A stretch of DNA of 64,000 bases from an uncultured delta proteobacterium (GTDB lineage Bacteria; Myxococcota_A; Polyangia; Polyangiales; JAFGIB01): contig CAVZVA010000003.1 of the NCBI GenBank assembly GCA_963778655.1, positions 224,001-288,000 of the forward strand, read 5' to 3'. Positions 16,446 through 26,176 of the stretch are shown one piece after another (within the stretch, counting starts at the first letter, position 1; each line of letters starts with the position of its first letter). A program made the position numbers and the translations under genes. The notes under the pieces are model-generated. The model searched no databases, was not told the DNA's origin, and worked only from the letters and a program-made list of their open reading frames with translations.

Positions 16446-19002
16446 GTTGCGCCACCTGATCCGCCTGATCTCGCTCCGCTATCTCAAGACCGCGCCGGCA
16501 CGGACGCTGCTGACGCTGGTCGGGATCATGCTCGGGGTAGCGGTGATCTTCGCGATCGGCGCGGTCAACGGCTCGGTGGTGGCCGCGTTCCGCAACGCGA
16601 TCCAGGGCATCTCGGGCAAGACCGCGCTCAGCGTCGGCGTCGGCACCGGCGTGGCCGAGGGGCTGCTGGAGGTGGTGCGCAAGGTCGACGGCGTCGAGGC
16701 CGCGGTGCCGGTGATCGAGGAGACCGCGCTGGACGTCAAACGCGGCCTGCAGCTGGCGGTGCTCGGCGTCGACACGCTCTCCGACAGCAAGGTGCGCGAC
16801 TACGAGGTCACCTCCAACGATGTGCAGATCGCCGACGACCTCGAGTTCCTCAACGATCCGCACGGCGTGTTGGTGACCAAGACCTTCGCCAAGCGCACCG
16901 GGCTCAAGCCCGGCGACACGTTGACGCTGGAGACGGTTCAGGGCCGCGCCGAGTTCAACGTGCGCGGTACGCTGTCGGCACGCGGGCCGGCCAAGGTGTT
17001 CGGCGGCGACCTGCTGCTGATGGACGTATACGCGGCGCAGATCGCGTTCGGCCGCGGCAGGCGCTTCGATCACATCGACGTGGTGGCCAAGCCCGGCGTG
17101 GACAAGGCCGCGCTGGCGACGCGGATCGAGCGCGCGCTGGGCGGCAAGGCCGCGGTGACCCGCCCCGAGCGCAGGTCGGAGGAAGCGGAGCGAATCCTCG
17201 CCGGCTTCAAGCTCGGGCTCTCGCTGGCTTCGCTGGTCACGCTCTTCGTCGGCGGCTTCATCGTGTACAACGCGCTGGCGATCGCAGTGGCCCAGCGCCG
17301 CCGCGAGATCGGGATCCTGCGCTCGTTGGGCACCACGCGCCGGCAGATCCTCGCGCTGTTCGTGGGCGAGGGCCTGCTGCTCGGGGCGCTGGGCTCGGCG
17401 CTCGGGCTCGGCTTCGGCTGGCTGCTGGCGCGCGGCGTGCTCAACGTCGCGGCGCGCACCGTCTCCGCGCTGTACATGACGATCAAGCCCAAGCACCTGA
17501 CGGTGAGCGCGTCCGAGCTGCTGTGGGCGGCGGGCTTCGGCGTGGCGGCCTCTTTCGTCGCGGCGGTGTTTCCCGCGCGCCGCGCGGCGTTCATCGAGCC
17601 GGCGTCGGCCATGCGCAAACAGGTGGAGGCCTCGGACGCGGCGCTCGGCAGCTCGGGCACCTCGCTCAAAGCGGCTGCGGCGGCGCTGCTGCTGGCGGCT
17701 CTGACCGCGTACGTCGCACACGTGCGCGAGAGCTACCTGCTGGGCTACACGGTGTCGACCAGCCTCGCCTTCGCAGCCGCGTTCCTCGCGCCGGGGATCG
17801 GCCGCGCAGTGGCCGCGTTCGGCCGCCGCGTGGCGCGGCGGCTGGGGCCGGCGGCCCGGCTGGGCGCGGTGGGCTTCGAGCGCGACGCCGGCCGCAATGC
17901 GGTCGCGATCGCGGCGCTGGGGATGGCGCTGGCCAACGTGGTCAACGCCAGCGCCTTCGTGGCCTCGATGAAGCACAACACCGCGTCCTGGTTCAACCGC
18001 TCGGTACGCGCCGACGTGTTCGTGTTTGCGGGCCGCGATCCCAAGGTGCAATACGATCACCCGCTGCCCGAATCGCTCGGCGACGGCATCCGCGCGCTGC
18101 CCGGCGTGGCGCTGGTCGACCCGGTGCGCATGGTACGCCAGAGCTATCAGGGCCGGCCGTTCTACCTGATGTCGTACGACCTGCAGGGCTACAGCCGCTA
18201 CAATGAGATCGCGGTGGTGTCGGGCGATCTCGACAGCGCGCTGCCGCAGATCGCGGCCGGCGAGGCGCTCGCCGCCAGCGAGACCTTCGCGCGCGCGTTC
18301 CGCGTCGGCGTCGGCAGCGTGGTACGCCTGCAGACGCCCGAGGGGCCGCGGGCGTTCCGCATTGCGCTGGTCTACGTGGACTACAACAGCGATCTCGGCG
18401 TGCTGTGCACCACCCACGGCGCCTATAGCCGCATCTGGCACGACCGACTGGTCGACTCGTTCGGCGTCTACCTGCGCAAGGGCGCCTCGGTGGCGAGCGT
18501 GCGGCAACGGATCGCCAGCAAGTGGAGCACGCGTTATCACCTGATGGCGCTCGGCAACCGCGAGTACCGCGACGAGATGATGAAGCTGCTCGACTCCTCG
18601 TTCGCGCTGACGCGGGCCACCGAGATGGTCGCGGTGATCGTCGCAGTGCTCGGCATCGTCAATACATTGCTGGTGACGGTGATCGACCGCCGCACCGAGC
18701 TCGGCGTGCTGCGCGCGATCGGCGCCCTGCGCTCCCAAGTCGGGCGCATGTTCGTGACCGAGGCATCGCTGATAGGGCTGGCCTCAAGCCTGCTCGGCGT
18801 CGCGTTCGGGTTGGGCTTCTCCGCCTACCTGGTGCGCGAGCTGCTGCGCTTTCAGGTGGGCTGGCACCTCTCCTGGCAACCTTCGCTGTGGGGCGTGATC
18901 GAGACCTGCGTGCTGGCGCAGGTGGTGGCGGTGGTGGCCGCCTGGCTGCCGATGCGCGCGGCCTCGCGCCTCGACGTGATCGAGGCGCTGCAATACGAGT
19001 GA
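16429..19002 (+). CDS. ABC transporter permease, duplicated MacB/FtsX-like
   Basis: RTLLTLVGIMLGVA, RRREIGILRSLG, RRTELGVLRAIGA; two periplasmic domains. Confidence 0.92.
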   Translation: MRRQVELRHLIRLISLRYLKTAPARTLLTLVGIMLGVAVIFAIGAVNGSVVAAFRNAIQGISGKTALSVGVGTGVAEGLLEVVRKVDGVEAAVPVIEETALDVKRGLQLAVLGVDTLSDSKVRDYEVTSNDVQIADDLEFLNDPHGVLVTKTFAKRTGLKPGDTLTLETVQGRAEFNVRGTLSARGPAKVFGGDLLLMDVYAAQIAFGRGRRFDHIDVVAKPGVDKAALATRIERALGGKAAVTRPERRSEEAERILAGFKLGLSLASLVTLFVGGFIVYNALAIAVAQRRREIGILRSLGTTRRQILALFVGEGLLLGALGSALGLGFGWLLARGVLNVAARTVSALYMTIKPKHLTVSASELLWAAGFGVAASFVAAVFPARRAAFIEPASAMRKQVEASDAALGSSGTSLKAAAAALLLAALTAYVAHVRESYLLGYTVSTSLAFAAAFLAPGIGRAVAAFGRRVARRLGPAARLGAVGFERDAGRNAVAIAALGMALANVVNASAFVASMKHNTASWFNRSVRADVFVFAGRDPKVQYDHPLPESLGDGIRALPGVALVDPVRMVRQSYQGRPFYLMSYDLQGYSRYNEIAVVSGDLDSALPQIAAGEALAASETFARAFRVGVGSVVRLQTPEGPRAFRIALVYVDYNSDLGVLCTTHGAYSRIWHDRLVDSFGVYLRKGASVASVRQRIASKWSTRYHLMALGNREYRDEMMKLLDSSFALTRATEMVAVIVAVLGIVNTLLVTVIDRRTELGVLRAIGALRSQVGRMFVTEASLIGLASSLLGVAFGLGFSAYLVRELLRFQVGWHLSWQPSLWGVIETCVLAQVVAVVAAWLPMRAASRLDVIEALQYE

Positions 19003-19026
19003 GCGCCGGCTGCGCCCGCAGCGGGC

Positions 19027-20175
19027 TCACGAACCTGCACACCTCAGGCGTAGCTCGGTGATCTCCGAGGGCGCGCCCACGCGCACGGGTGGACCCCAGA
19101 AGCCGGTGCCCCGGCTGACATACAGGGCCGAGGAGCCGCTGCGGTAGAGCCCGGCGAGGAAGCGCGTCTGCAGCCGCACCATGAAGCGGAACGGCCAGAG
19201 CTGGCCGTCGTGGGTGTGGCCGGAGAGCTGCAACCCGATCCCGCGCTTGCGCGCCATTTCGAACGCGCGCGGGTCGTGCGAGAGCAGCACCAGCGGCGTC
19301 TGCCCGTCCCAGCCCGCGAGCGCGGCGTCCAGGTCGAAGCCGTGCGGTCCCGCCTCCAGCCGGCGGCTGGAAAGATCGTCGACCCCGGCCAGCTCGAAGC
19401 GCGCCCCGTCATGCTCGATCGGCACGCGCCGATTGCGCAACACCTCGATGCCGAGCTCGCGCACGCGCTGTACCCAGCGCTCCGCGCCGGAGAAGTGATC
19501 GTGGTTGCCGGTCACGAAGTAGACCCCATCGCGCGCGCGCAGCTCCGCAAGCGGCGCGATCTCGCCGCCCAGATGGGTGACGCTGCCGTCGACCAGGTCG
19601 CCGGTGATCGCCAGCAGATCCGGTTGCAGCGCATTGCAGCGCTGCACCAAGTGCTCGATGAACGGTCGTCGCAGCAGCGAGCCGACGTGGATATCGCTGA
19701 TCTGCACGATGCGATAGCCATCGAGCGCCAGCGGCCAGCCCGGAAGCGCCACGTCGACCAGCTTGTGGGCCGGCGCCTTGAGCGCGGCGCGCATGCCGGA
19801 GCCGACCACGGCCAGAGTCAGGCCGCAGACCGCGAGCGCGCGCACGCGCTGGACGTGTACGCCACGCAGGCCGGTGAGCAGCAGCAGCAGGTCGCTGGTC
19901 CACAACGCGATCAGCAGGTAGAAGCAGCAGCCCATCCAGATGTACGCAGGCCAGCCGAGCACGCGGCCGGCGCGCGGCCCGAAGGTGCGCTCGACCAGCG
20001 GGTTGGCGATGATCGAGATGCCGAGCGCCAGGATCACGCCAGAGGCGATCGCTCTCCAGGGTTGGGGCAGCGCGGTGGCGCGCACCAGTCGGTCCGCGAA
20101 GTACGCGTGCGTCCAGAAGAGCAGCAGCAGGAAGATCCCGAGCGCGACGGCGACTGCGATCGATCGACGGTGCAT
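19027..20175 (-). CDS. Membrane-anchored metallophosphoesterase (YkuE/YaeI-like)
   Basis: SDIH, TGDLVD, GNHD, LSHDP, SGHTH motifs; N-terminal TM helices. Confidence 0.92.
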   Translation of the reverse strand: MHRRSIAVAVALGIFLLLLFWTHAYFADRLVRATALPQPWRAIASGVILALGISIIANPLVERTFGPRAGRVLGWPAYIWMGCCFYLLIALWTSDLLLLLTGLRGVHVQRVRALAVCGLTLAVVGSGMRAALKAPAHKLVDVALPGWPLALDGYRIVQISDIHVGSLLRRPFIEHLVQRCNALQPDLLAITGDLVDGSVTHLGGEIAPLAELRARDGVYFVTGNHDHFSGAERWVQRVRELGIEVLRNRRVPIEHDGARFELAGVDDLSSRRLEAGPHGFDLDAALAGWDGQTPLVLLSHDPRAFEMARKRGIGLQLSGHTHDGQLWPFRFMVRLQTRFLAGLYRSGSSALYVSRGTGFWGPPVRVGAPSEITELRLRCAGS

Positions 20176-20264
20176 GAGGCCGAGACGCCCGGGCGGCGCT
20201 TCCGCTCGTTTGTAGGTATGAAACCCGCCAGCCGCAAGGCCCGAGTGCAACCGCGAGGACCAAC

Positions 20265-21260
20265 CTAGTCCGAGGCCGGGTCCTGCCCGAAGCCCGCAGT
20301 CGCCTCGGGCGCGTGGCTGGCCCGCGCCGTCTGGCGACGTGGCTCGCCGACGACCCGCGCGGCGCCCGCCGGGTCAGCCTGGCGCGCGGCGCCCTGCGCC
20401 GGCCCTGGCAGCGCGCCGGCTGCGGTGGCGGCCGGGCTCGGCCGCCGGAACGGGAAGGCGAGCTGGCCGAGGTAGCTCTCCGGCACGCGATCGGAGTCGA
20501 GCCCAAACACCTGCGGCAAGCGATCGGAGGGCAGATAGTAGGTGCCGAACACCAGATCCCAGAACGCAAACACGTTGCAGAAGTTCTTGTTGCCGCCCTC
20601 GTGCGAGAGCGTGTGGTGCCAGCGGTGAAAGCGCGGGCTCGCGAGCACGACCCCCAGGGGGCCGAATGACAGGTTCCACTGAGTGTGGGCGGCAACCGCG
20701 TACACCACCATCACCGGCATCAGCGGAAGCACCACGCTGATGGGAAAGCCCAGTAGGAAACAGGGCACGATCGCGAACAGGTAGTTGACCAGCTCGTTGA
20801 GCGGATGGACGCGCCCGGTGGTGGACCAGCGGATGTCGGTCGCGCTGTGATGGATGGCGTGGAAGCGCCACAGAAACGGCACGCTGTGAAACAGCCGGTG
20901 CACCCAATACGAGGACAGGTCCATCAACACCAACAGCTCGGCGATCAGCGCGAGCTTGGGCTGGCGGGCGATCGGGCCGAAGCCGTTGAACGCGTCCGGG
21001 GCGGCCCGCAGGGTGAAGCTGCCCATCAGCAGGGCCAGCAGGCCGGCCAGGACCACCCGCGTGCCCATCCGGACCGCCGGCAGCGCGATCCAATAGAACA
21101 TGTCGGTGACCAGCTCAGCGGGAGGCTCCTGTGAAATTGGCCTCCTGGTGATCAGCCCCTCCAGCACGCAGAGGCAGAAAAAGGCCACCATGGCGCTCGC
21201 CTGGAGGTGCCAGAAATCGGGGCCCTGGAGTTTCGTGAGGTCGAGCAGCACGCGCACCAC
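20265..21260 (-). CDS. Sterol desaturase / fatty acid hydroxylase family protein
   Basis: His boxes HRLFH, HAIHHS, HRWHH; WDLVFGT. Confidence 0.9.
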   Translation of the reverse strand: MVRVLLDLTKLQGPDFWHLQASAMVAFFCLCVLEGLITRRPISQEPPAELVTDMFYWIALPAVRMGTRVVLAGLLALLMGSFTLRAAPDAFNGFGPIARQPKLALIAELLVLMDLSSYWVHRLFHSVPFLWRFHAIHHSATDIRWSTTGRVHPLNELVNYLFAIVPCFLLGFPISVVLPLMPVMVVYAVAAHTQWNLSFGPLGVVLASPRFHRWHHTLSHEGGNKNFCNVFAFWDLVFGTYYLPSDRLPQVFGLDSDRVPESYLGQLAFPFRRPSPAATAAGALPGPAQGAARQADPAGAARVVGEPRRQTARASHAPEATAGFGQDPASD

Positions 21261-21354
21261 GCCAAAAACACGCCTCAGATCAACGTAGATGGCCTCCGGG
21301 GATAGTCAAGCGTTCCCGTTGTCCGGGCCCGGCGCCGACTGATAGATCGCAAAC

Positions 21355-21759
21355 ATGGATCAGCAGGACCTTGCCGCCCTGGCCGGCGCGACCTGTATCA
21401 ACGTCCGGAGCTTTCGCCGGGATGGAACCCCCGTGGACACTCCCCTGTGGGTGGTCGCGATCGATGGCCTGCTGGCCTCGTACACCGACGACCGCTCCTA
21501 CAAAGTGAGACGGGTGCGGCGAAACCCACAGGTCGAGGTGGCCGGCAGCGACGTCTGGGGCATCCCCTCGACCCCCTGGTATCCGGCGCGCTGTCAGCCT
21601 GTGCATGATCCACGGCGGCGGGAGCAAATCTTTGCCGCGATTGCGCAGAAATACGGCTTTCACTGGACGATGGCGCTGTGGGGCTCCCGCCTCAGCTTTC
21701 GGATCCCGCACCGGGTGGTGCTGGAGTTCGAGGTGGAGCTGACGCCAGTGGGCGCGTGA
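21355..21759 (+). CDS. PPOX-class (pyridoxamine 5'-phosphate oxidase-like), putative F420-dependent oxidoreductase
   Basis: SFRRDGTPVDTPLW, KVRRVRRNPQV, AIAQKYG. Confidence 0.8.
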   Translation: MDQQDLAALAGATCINVRSFRRDGTPVDTPLWVVAIDGLLASYTDDRSYKVRRVRRNPQVEVAGSDVWGIPSTPWYPARCQPVHDPRRREQIFAAIAQKYGFHWTMALWGSRLSFRIPHRVVLEFEVELTPVGA

Positions 21760-21823
21760 GCCCCACGCGCGGACGCTTTAGATTCCGCTTTAGGCTCCGC
21801 CTGGCCGCTCGGGTCCGCAGGCC

Positions 21824-22174
21824 TCAGCGCAGGAACGCGAACCACAGCCCGGCTGCCGCCAGGTAGGCGAGCAGCGGGAGCATGCCGATGTGGGCACGCC
21901 GGTCGAGCCGCTTGGCCTCGCGCTGCAGCCGCAGGCACACTTCGCCGAAGCCCGTCAGGTCGGCACGCAGCATCCCGGTGACGCGGTTGTGCTTGAAGGC
22001 GCCGTCCACGAACGGGTTGATCGGCTCGATGCGTGCCCTGAACGCCTCGGCATCGGCACGCCTGGCCATCTCGATCAGCGTGCCGAGCTTGATCACCAGC
22101 TCACGGCTCGGCGGCAGCGTGAGCGCGGCGGCGATCAGCGAGGCGACGGCGCCGAGCAGCACCAGCAGCAGCAT
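21824..22174 (-). CDS. Small hypothetical membrane protein (two TM segments)
   Basis: ATG start, coding-like codon usage, hydrophobic termini. Confidence 0.6.
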   Translation of the reverse strand: MLLLVLLGAVASLIAAALTLPPSRELVIKLGTLIEMARRADAEAFRARIEPINPFVDGAFKHNRVTGMLRADLTGFGEVCLRLQREAKRLDRRAHIGMLPLLAYLAAAGLWFAFLR

Positions 22175-22249
22175 GGTGGCGCGAGCTTACACCGATCGCG
22201 CGGCGGCGGCACCCGGCCCCGGGCCGAGCTGGCCTCTGCCGCCGGCGCA

Positions 22250-22410
22250 GACTCGGGTTTCGCCCTTTTGCGTCGGCCGATCGCGGAGGACAGCGGTTTT
22301 CGGGGCGCTTCGTGCGACGCAGGAAAGGTAGCTTTCCTTTCAAGGAGCACGGGACAGCCCGAGAAACGCCGGACGAGCGAGGGCCGCCGGAAAGAGGCGA
22401 ACCCCGACTC
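22250..22410. repeat. Long imperfect palindrome (about 160 bp)
   Basis: GACTCGGGTTTCGCCCTTTT... pairs with ...AAAGAGGCGAACCCCGACTC; central AGGAAAG-GTAG-CTTTCCT hairpin. Confidence 0.6.
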
Positions 22411-23026
22411 AGAAGCCCCAGGGGTCGGCGGCGTCGGTGGTGAACGTCCACTCGAGGTTGAGCGGCCCCGACATCGAGGTGCCGCTCATCTTGACCCGGT
22501 ACGTGGTGTTCGGGTCCAGCGCCGTGTTGGCGTACATGAACGCGGTGTCGTAGAGGTAGTAGCGATAGCCAGGATCGACGTTGCTCGAGTTGGAGCCCAT
22601 CCACACGTGGGGCCAGCGCGGCCAGCGATTCACTGGAAGCGCCAGCCGGGGGCGCCGGGCAGGAGTCGGGGTTGCCGCCCGCCGGGGGCGCCATCCCGCC
22701 ACCCGAGCCGGTGCCCGCGGTGCCGGTCATGCCGCCCGTACCCGCCATCGCGGTGCCGCCCGACGTGCCCCCGTTCGCGGCGCTCTCGCCGCCCGTCCCC
22801 AGCATTGGCATGGCGCTGCTCATGGCCATCCCGCCGGTGCCGCTCGACAGCGGGGCGGCAGCTCCGCCGGTGCTGGTCGTGGCATTGCCCGCAGCAGCCG
22901 CGGCCGGCGCGCCCACCGTCCCTGCGAAGGCGATCCGGTCGACCCCGCGCCGTCCGCCTTACCGCAGCCCGTGCTCCAACTCGACAGCAGCGCAAGCGCC
23001 GCCACCACCGTGCTCCATCTTTTCAT
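22409..23026 (-). pseudogene. Disrupted lipoprotein (Gly/Met tether and C-terminal Ig-like end), frameshifted and probably internally deleted
   Basis: Lipobox WSTGC in one frame; tether in a second frame (shift near 22921); C-terminus ..LDPNTTYRVKMSGT..EWTFTT in a third frame (junction near 22610). Confidence 0.65.
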
Positions 23027-23212
23027 CGCGTCCCGACCTTCCCTCAGCCTTGCCGCACGCGGTCGCGTGCTGCCGGGGTTACCAGCCCGGACGCACTACA
23101 CCCAGGGTCAAGTAACCGCAGGCATCGCAATCGGGTCATGCTGCCGGCGCGATGGACATTGTCTCGGCCCGGCGCCGGGCGCGGGCCCGACCACCCTGCC
23201 CGCAGGCCGACC

Positions 23213-25972
23213 TCAGGATCCACTCGCGCGCGGGGCCAGCGCCGTGAGCAGCGCCTGGCGAACCGCCTCGGCACGCGCGGGAGACTCGAGCTTACTGCCG
23301 TCCGCCTGCGTGACGTAGAACACGTCGCCCACCCGCGTTCCCTCGGTGTTGATCTTGGCCAGCGCGATGCTCAGCCCTTGTTCGTGCAGGGTCTGCGCCA
23401 ACCTGAACAGCAAGCCGGGCCTGTCCTTGCTCACGACCTCGATCACGGTGTGCTGAGGCGAGCTGATTTGGTCGATCGCGATCTCGGTCGCGACCGGCGG
23501 GTGGGGCCGCTCGCTCCAGCGCGACACGCGCCGGCACTGCAGCAGCTCTTCTGGGCTCACCGCCCCGTCGATCACCGCGCGCAGGTCGCGCTGGAGCTTG
23601 GGCAAGATCTGCTCGACGCCGGCGACTCCTTCGATCGGGTCGCGCACCCAGAACACGTCGACCGCCTGCACTGCGCCGCCCGGCAGCACGCGCGAGTGGA
23701 TCTGCGCGGCGTGAATCTCGAGCCGGCTGGCGGCCAGCGCCGCCGCGATCGCGGCGAGCAGGCCCGGGCGGTCTCCGGCGACCACGCACAGGCCCGCGTC
23801 CTCGTCGATCGCGTGCTCGGTCACCACGCACAGCTCCGCGACGTCGGCATGACGCGACGGAACCAGCGCCGCTCTCACCCCGGCGCCGCGCCCGCTCAGG
23901 GCACAGCGCGCGTGCGCGGCGATCTCGGCCGGCGTGTTCGAGAGCAGATAGCGCTCGGGCATGGTGTCGAGAAATTCCCGCAGGAACCCCGGATCGAGCG
24001 CGAGGTCCCAGCACGCCGCCACCTGCTCGCGCACGCGCGCGACGCGCTGCGGCTCCGCGCCCGTGCCGCCCCGGTCCAGCCACGCGAAGGCGGCCTGGTA
24101 CAGCGCGTCGAGCATGCCCGCCTTCCACTGCGTCATGGAGGTCGGGCTGGTGGTGGACAGGTCGGCCACGGTGAGCAGGTACAAATCGCGCAGCCCGTCC
24201 TGCCCCCCGACGTCCCGCACGAACTCCGCGATGGTCGCCGGATCCTCCAGATCGCGGCACGCAGCCACGTGGTACATCAGCAGGTGCTGCTCGATCAGGC
24301 GGCAGGCCGCCTCGACCGCCTCGGCGCCCAACCCGAGCCGCGTCAACACGCCGCGCGCGAGCTCGGCCCCGCGGTGCGAATGGCCTTTACCGCCTGCGTC
24401 CTTGCCGATGTCGTGCAGCAAGGTCGCCAGGAACAGCGCCTCGTTCGGCGCCAGCTGGACGGCGAGCTCGGACGCCAGGCCTTGCTCGGGTACGTCGCCG
24501 CGACACAGCGCACGCAGGTGATCGAGCGCCGCGATCGAGTGCGCGTCGACCGTGTACACGTGATAGACGTCGTGGTGGACGCGACCGACCACGGGCGCGA
24601 ACTCCGGCACCAGCGCGGTGAGCAGGCCAACGTCGTGCAGCTCGGCCAGGATCGAGCCGCGGCGGAAGCGCGTGCGCTCGCAATGGCACGAAAGGCTCAC
24701 GAACAACTTGGCCGCCTCGGCGCTCCGGCGCAGCGCCGCGCAGAAGCGCTCGTCGCTGGTCTCGCGCGCAATCGCGTTGCGGGTCTCGGGCTGCACCGCG
24801 AGCTCGCGCTCGACCGCGGTGGCGTAGACCCGCATCGCCAGCGCCGGATCGCTCGCCAGCGCGCGCTCGTCGGCGAACGCGACGTAGCCCTCGGCCTGAA
24901 ACAGCCCGCGGCCCAGGTCGTGGATGCGGTGGCGCGAGCGCCCGAGCTGCGGCGGCATCGCGCGCGCGAGCAAGTGCTCTCGGCTACGCGTGATCACGCG
25001 CGCGTGGCGGTAGTAGTCGGACATGAACGCCTCGGCCATGGCGCCCGCGGTCTGGGCGGCGGAGGCGCCCTGATCGGCGCCGATGCGCGCTCGGTAGCCC
25101 ATCGCCTCGGCCAGCACTTCTTGTTCCGGAAAGGTCAGCCGGTCGCTGCGCCGGCCGCTGTTGCGGTGCAGGCGGTTGCGGACCTGCCACAGAAAGTCCT
25201 CCGCACGCGTGATCTCCGCGACCTCTCGCGGCAGCAGCACGCCGAGCTTGGCCAGATCGCGGAGCTCCTCGACCTTCCAGCGCGCGCGCGCGGCCCACAG
25301 CGCAATGTCGAGGTCGCGCAGCCCGCCGGCGCCGTTCTTGATGTCGGGCTCAAGCAAATAGATCGAATCGCCCAGGCGCTGGTGACGCGAGCCGGCCTCG
25401 GCCTCGAGCCGGTGCAGGAAGCGCGGGAGGTTGGCCGGCGCGAAGATCCCGTCGAAGGCGCGCCCGCGCAGCGCCGTGCCGAGATCCGCGTCGCCCCCGA
25501 GCATGCGGAAGTCGAGCAAGGCGGTCGCGGTGGGCAGGTCGTGCTCGGCGTCCGCGATCGCGGCCGGAATGCTCATGACCTGGTGACCGATGCTCACGCC
25601 CGCGTCCCACAGCGGGTAGAGGATGGCCTCGGCCAGGGGCTGGATCGCCTCGGGCGTCGCGGGCGTGACCAGACGCACGTCGAGATCGCTCTTCCAGCCC
25701 AGCCGGCGCCGCCCATAGCCGCCGACCGCGCCGAGCAGGACCGGCACGTCCCCGCAGGCGCGCGCCGAGGCCGCCGTGCCGGCCTCGAACAATGCGCGCA
25801 GCAGGCGGTCCATGATCTCGGCGTGCTCGCGCGCGAAGGCGCTGCCGGCCTGCTCTTTTGAATCAAGCAGCTTGAGCAACTCGGCGCGATTGCGCTCGAG
25901 ATAGACCTTGAGCTGCGAGGTATGGGTGGACGGGGCCGCCGGCGGCGAGGCGTACGGCAAATTCTGCGACAT
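23213..25972 (-). CDS. glnD: [Protein-PII] uridylyltransferase / uridylyl-removing enzyme
   Basis: AVGGYGR..SDLD, LEPDIKNGAGGLRD, YHVYTVDAH, LLHDIGK (HD domain), two ACT domains (DRPGLL). Confidence 0.95.
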   Translation of the reverse strand: MSQNLPYASPPAAPSTHTSQLKVYLERNRAELLKLLDSKEQAGSAFAREHAEIMDRLLRALFEAGTAASARACGDVPVLLGAVGGYGRRRLGWKSDLDVRLVTPATPEAIQPLAEAILYPLWDAGVSIGHQVMSIPAAIADAEHDLPTATALLDFRMLGGDADLGTALRGRAFDGIFAPANLPRFLHRLEAEAGSRHQRLGDSIYLLEPDIKNGAGGLRDLDIALWAARARWKVEELRDLAKLGVLLPREVAEITRAEDFLWQVRNRLHRNSGRRSDRLTFPEQEVLAEAMGYRARIGADQGASAAQTAGAMAEAFMSDYYRHARVITRSREHLLARAMPPQLGRSRHRIHDLGRGLFQAEGYVAFADERALASDPALAMRVYATAVERELAVQPETRNAIARETSDERFCAALRRSAEAAKLFVSLSCHCERTRFRRGSILAELHDVGLLTALVPEFAPVVGRVHHDVYHVYTVDAHSIAALDHLRALCRGDVPEQGLASELAVQLAPNEALFLATLLHDIGKDAGGKGHSHRGAELARGVLTRLGLGAEAVEAACRLIEQHLLMYHVAACRDLEDPATIAEFVRDVGGQDGLRDLYLLTVADLSTTSPTSMTQWKAGMLDALYQAAFAWLDRGGTGAEPQRVARVREQVAACWDLALDPGFLREFLDTMPERYLLSNTPAEIAAHARCALSGRGAGVRAALVPSRHADVAELCVVTEHAIDEDAGLCVVAGDRPGLLAAIAAALAASRLEIHAAQIHSRVLPGGAVQAVDVFWVRDPIEGVAGVEQILPKLQRDLRAVIDGAVSPEELLQCRRVSRWSERPHPPVATEIAIDQISSPQHTVIEVVSKDRPGLLFRLAQTLHEQGLSIALAKINTEGTRVGDVFYVTQADGSKLESPARAEAVRQALLTALAPRASGS

Positions 25973-26176
25973 GGTGCTCCGAGGGCCCGCGCCGCAAACA
26001 GCGGCCGACCCGGAGTCAGACTACGGCAGCAACTGTAACCGCGCGGTTTCGCGAGGGTTTCAGATCGCCGCCATGCCGCAGGGCCCGCTCGGTGTGGAGC
26101 CGCCGCGCCTCGCCGCGATCGACTCCCCCCAATGCACTTGGCCCGCGCGGCTGAGACCGCGGAACTGTATCTCGCA

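Noticed and set aside
21890..25861. Very long antisense or alternate-frame ORFs (e.g. 1323 aa here, 36697-40317, 10145-12679, 700-2559)
   Set aside because: Shadow ORFs of real genes in high-GC DNA; Arg/Ala/Pro-rich with no motifs
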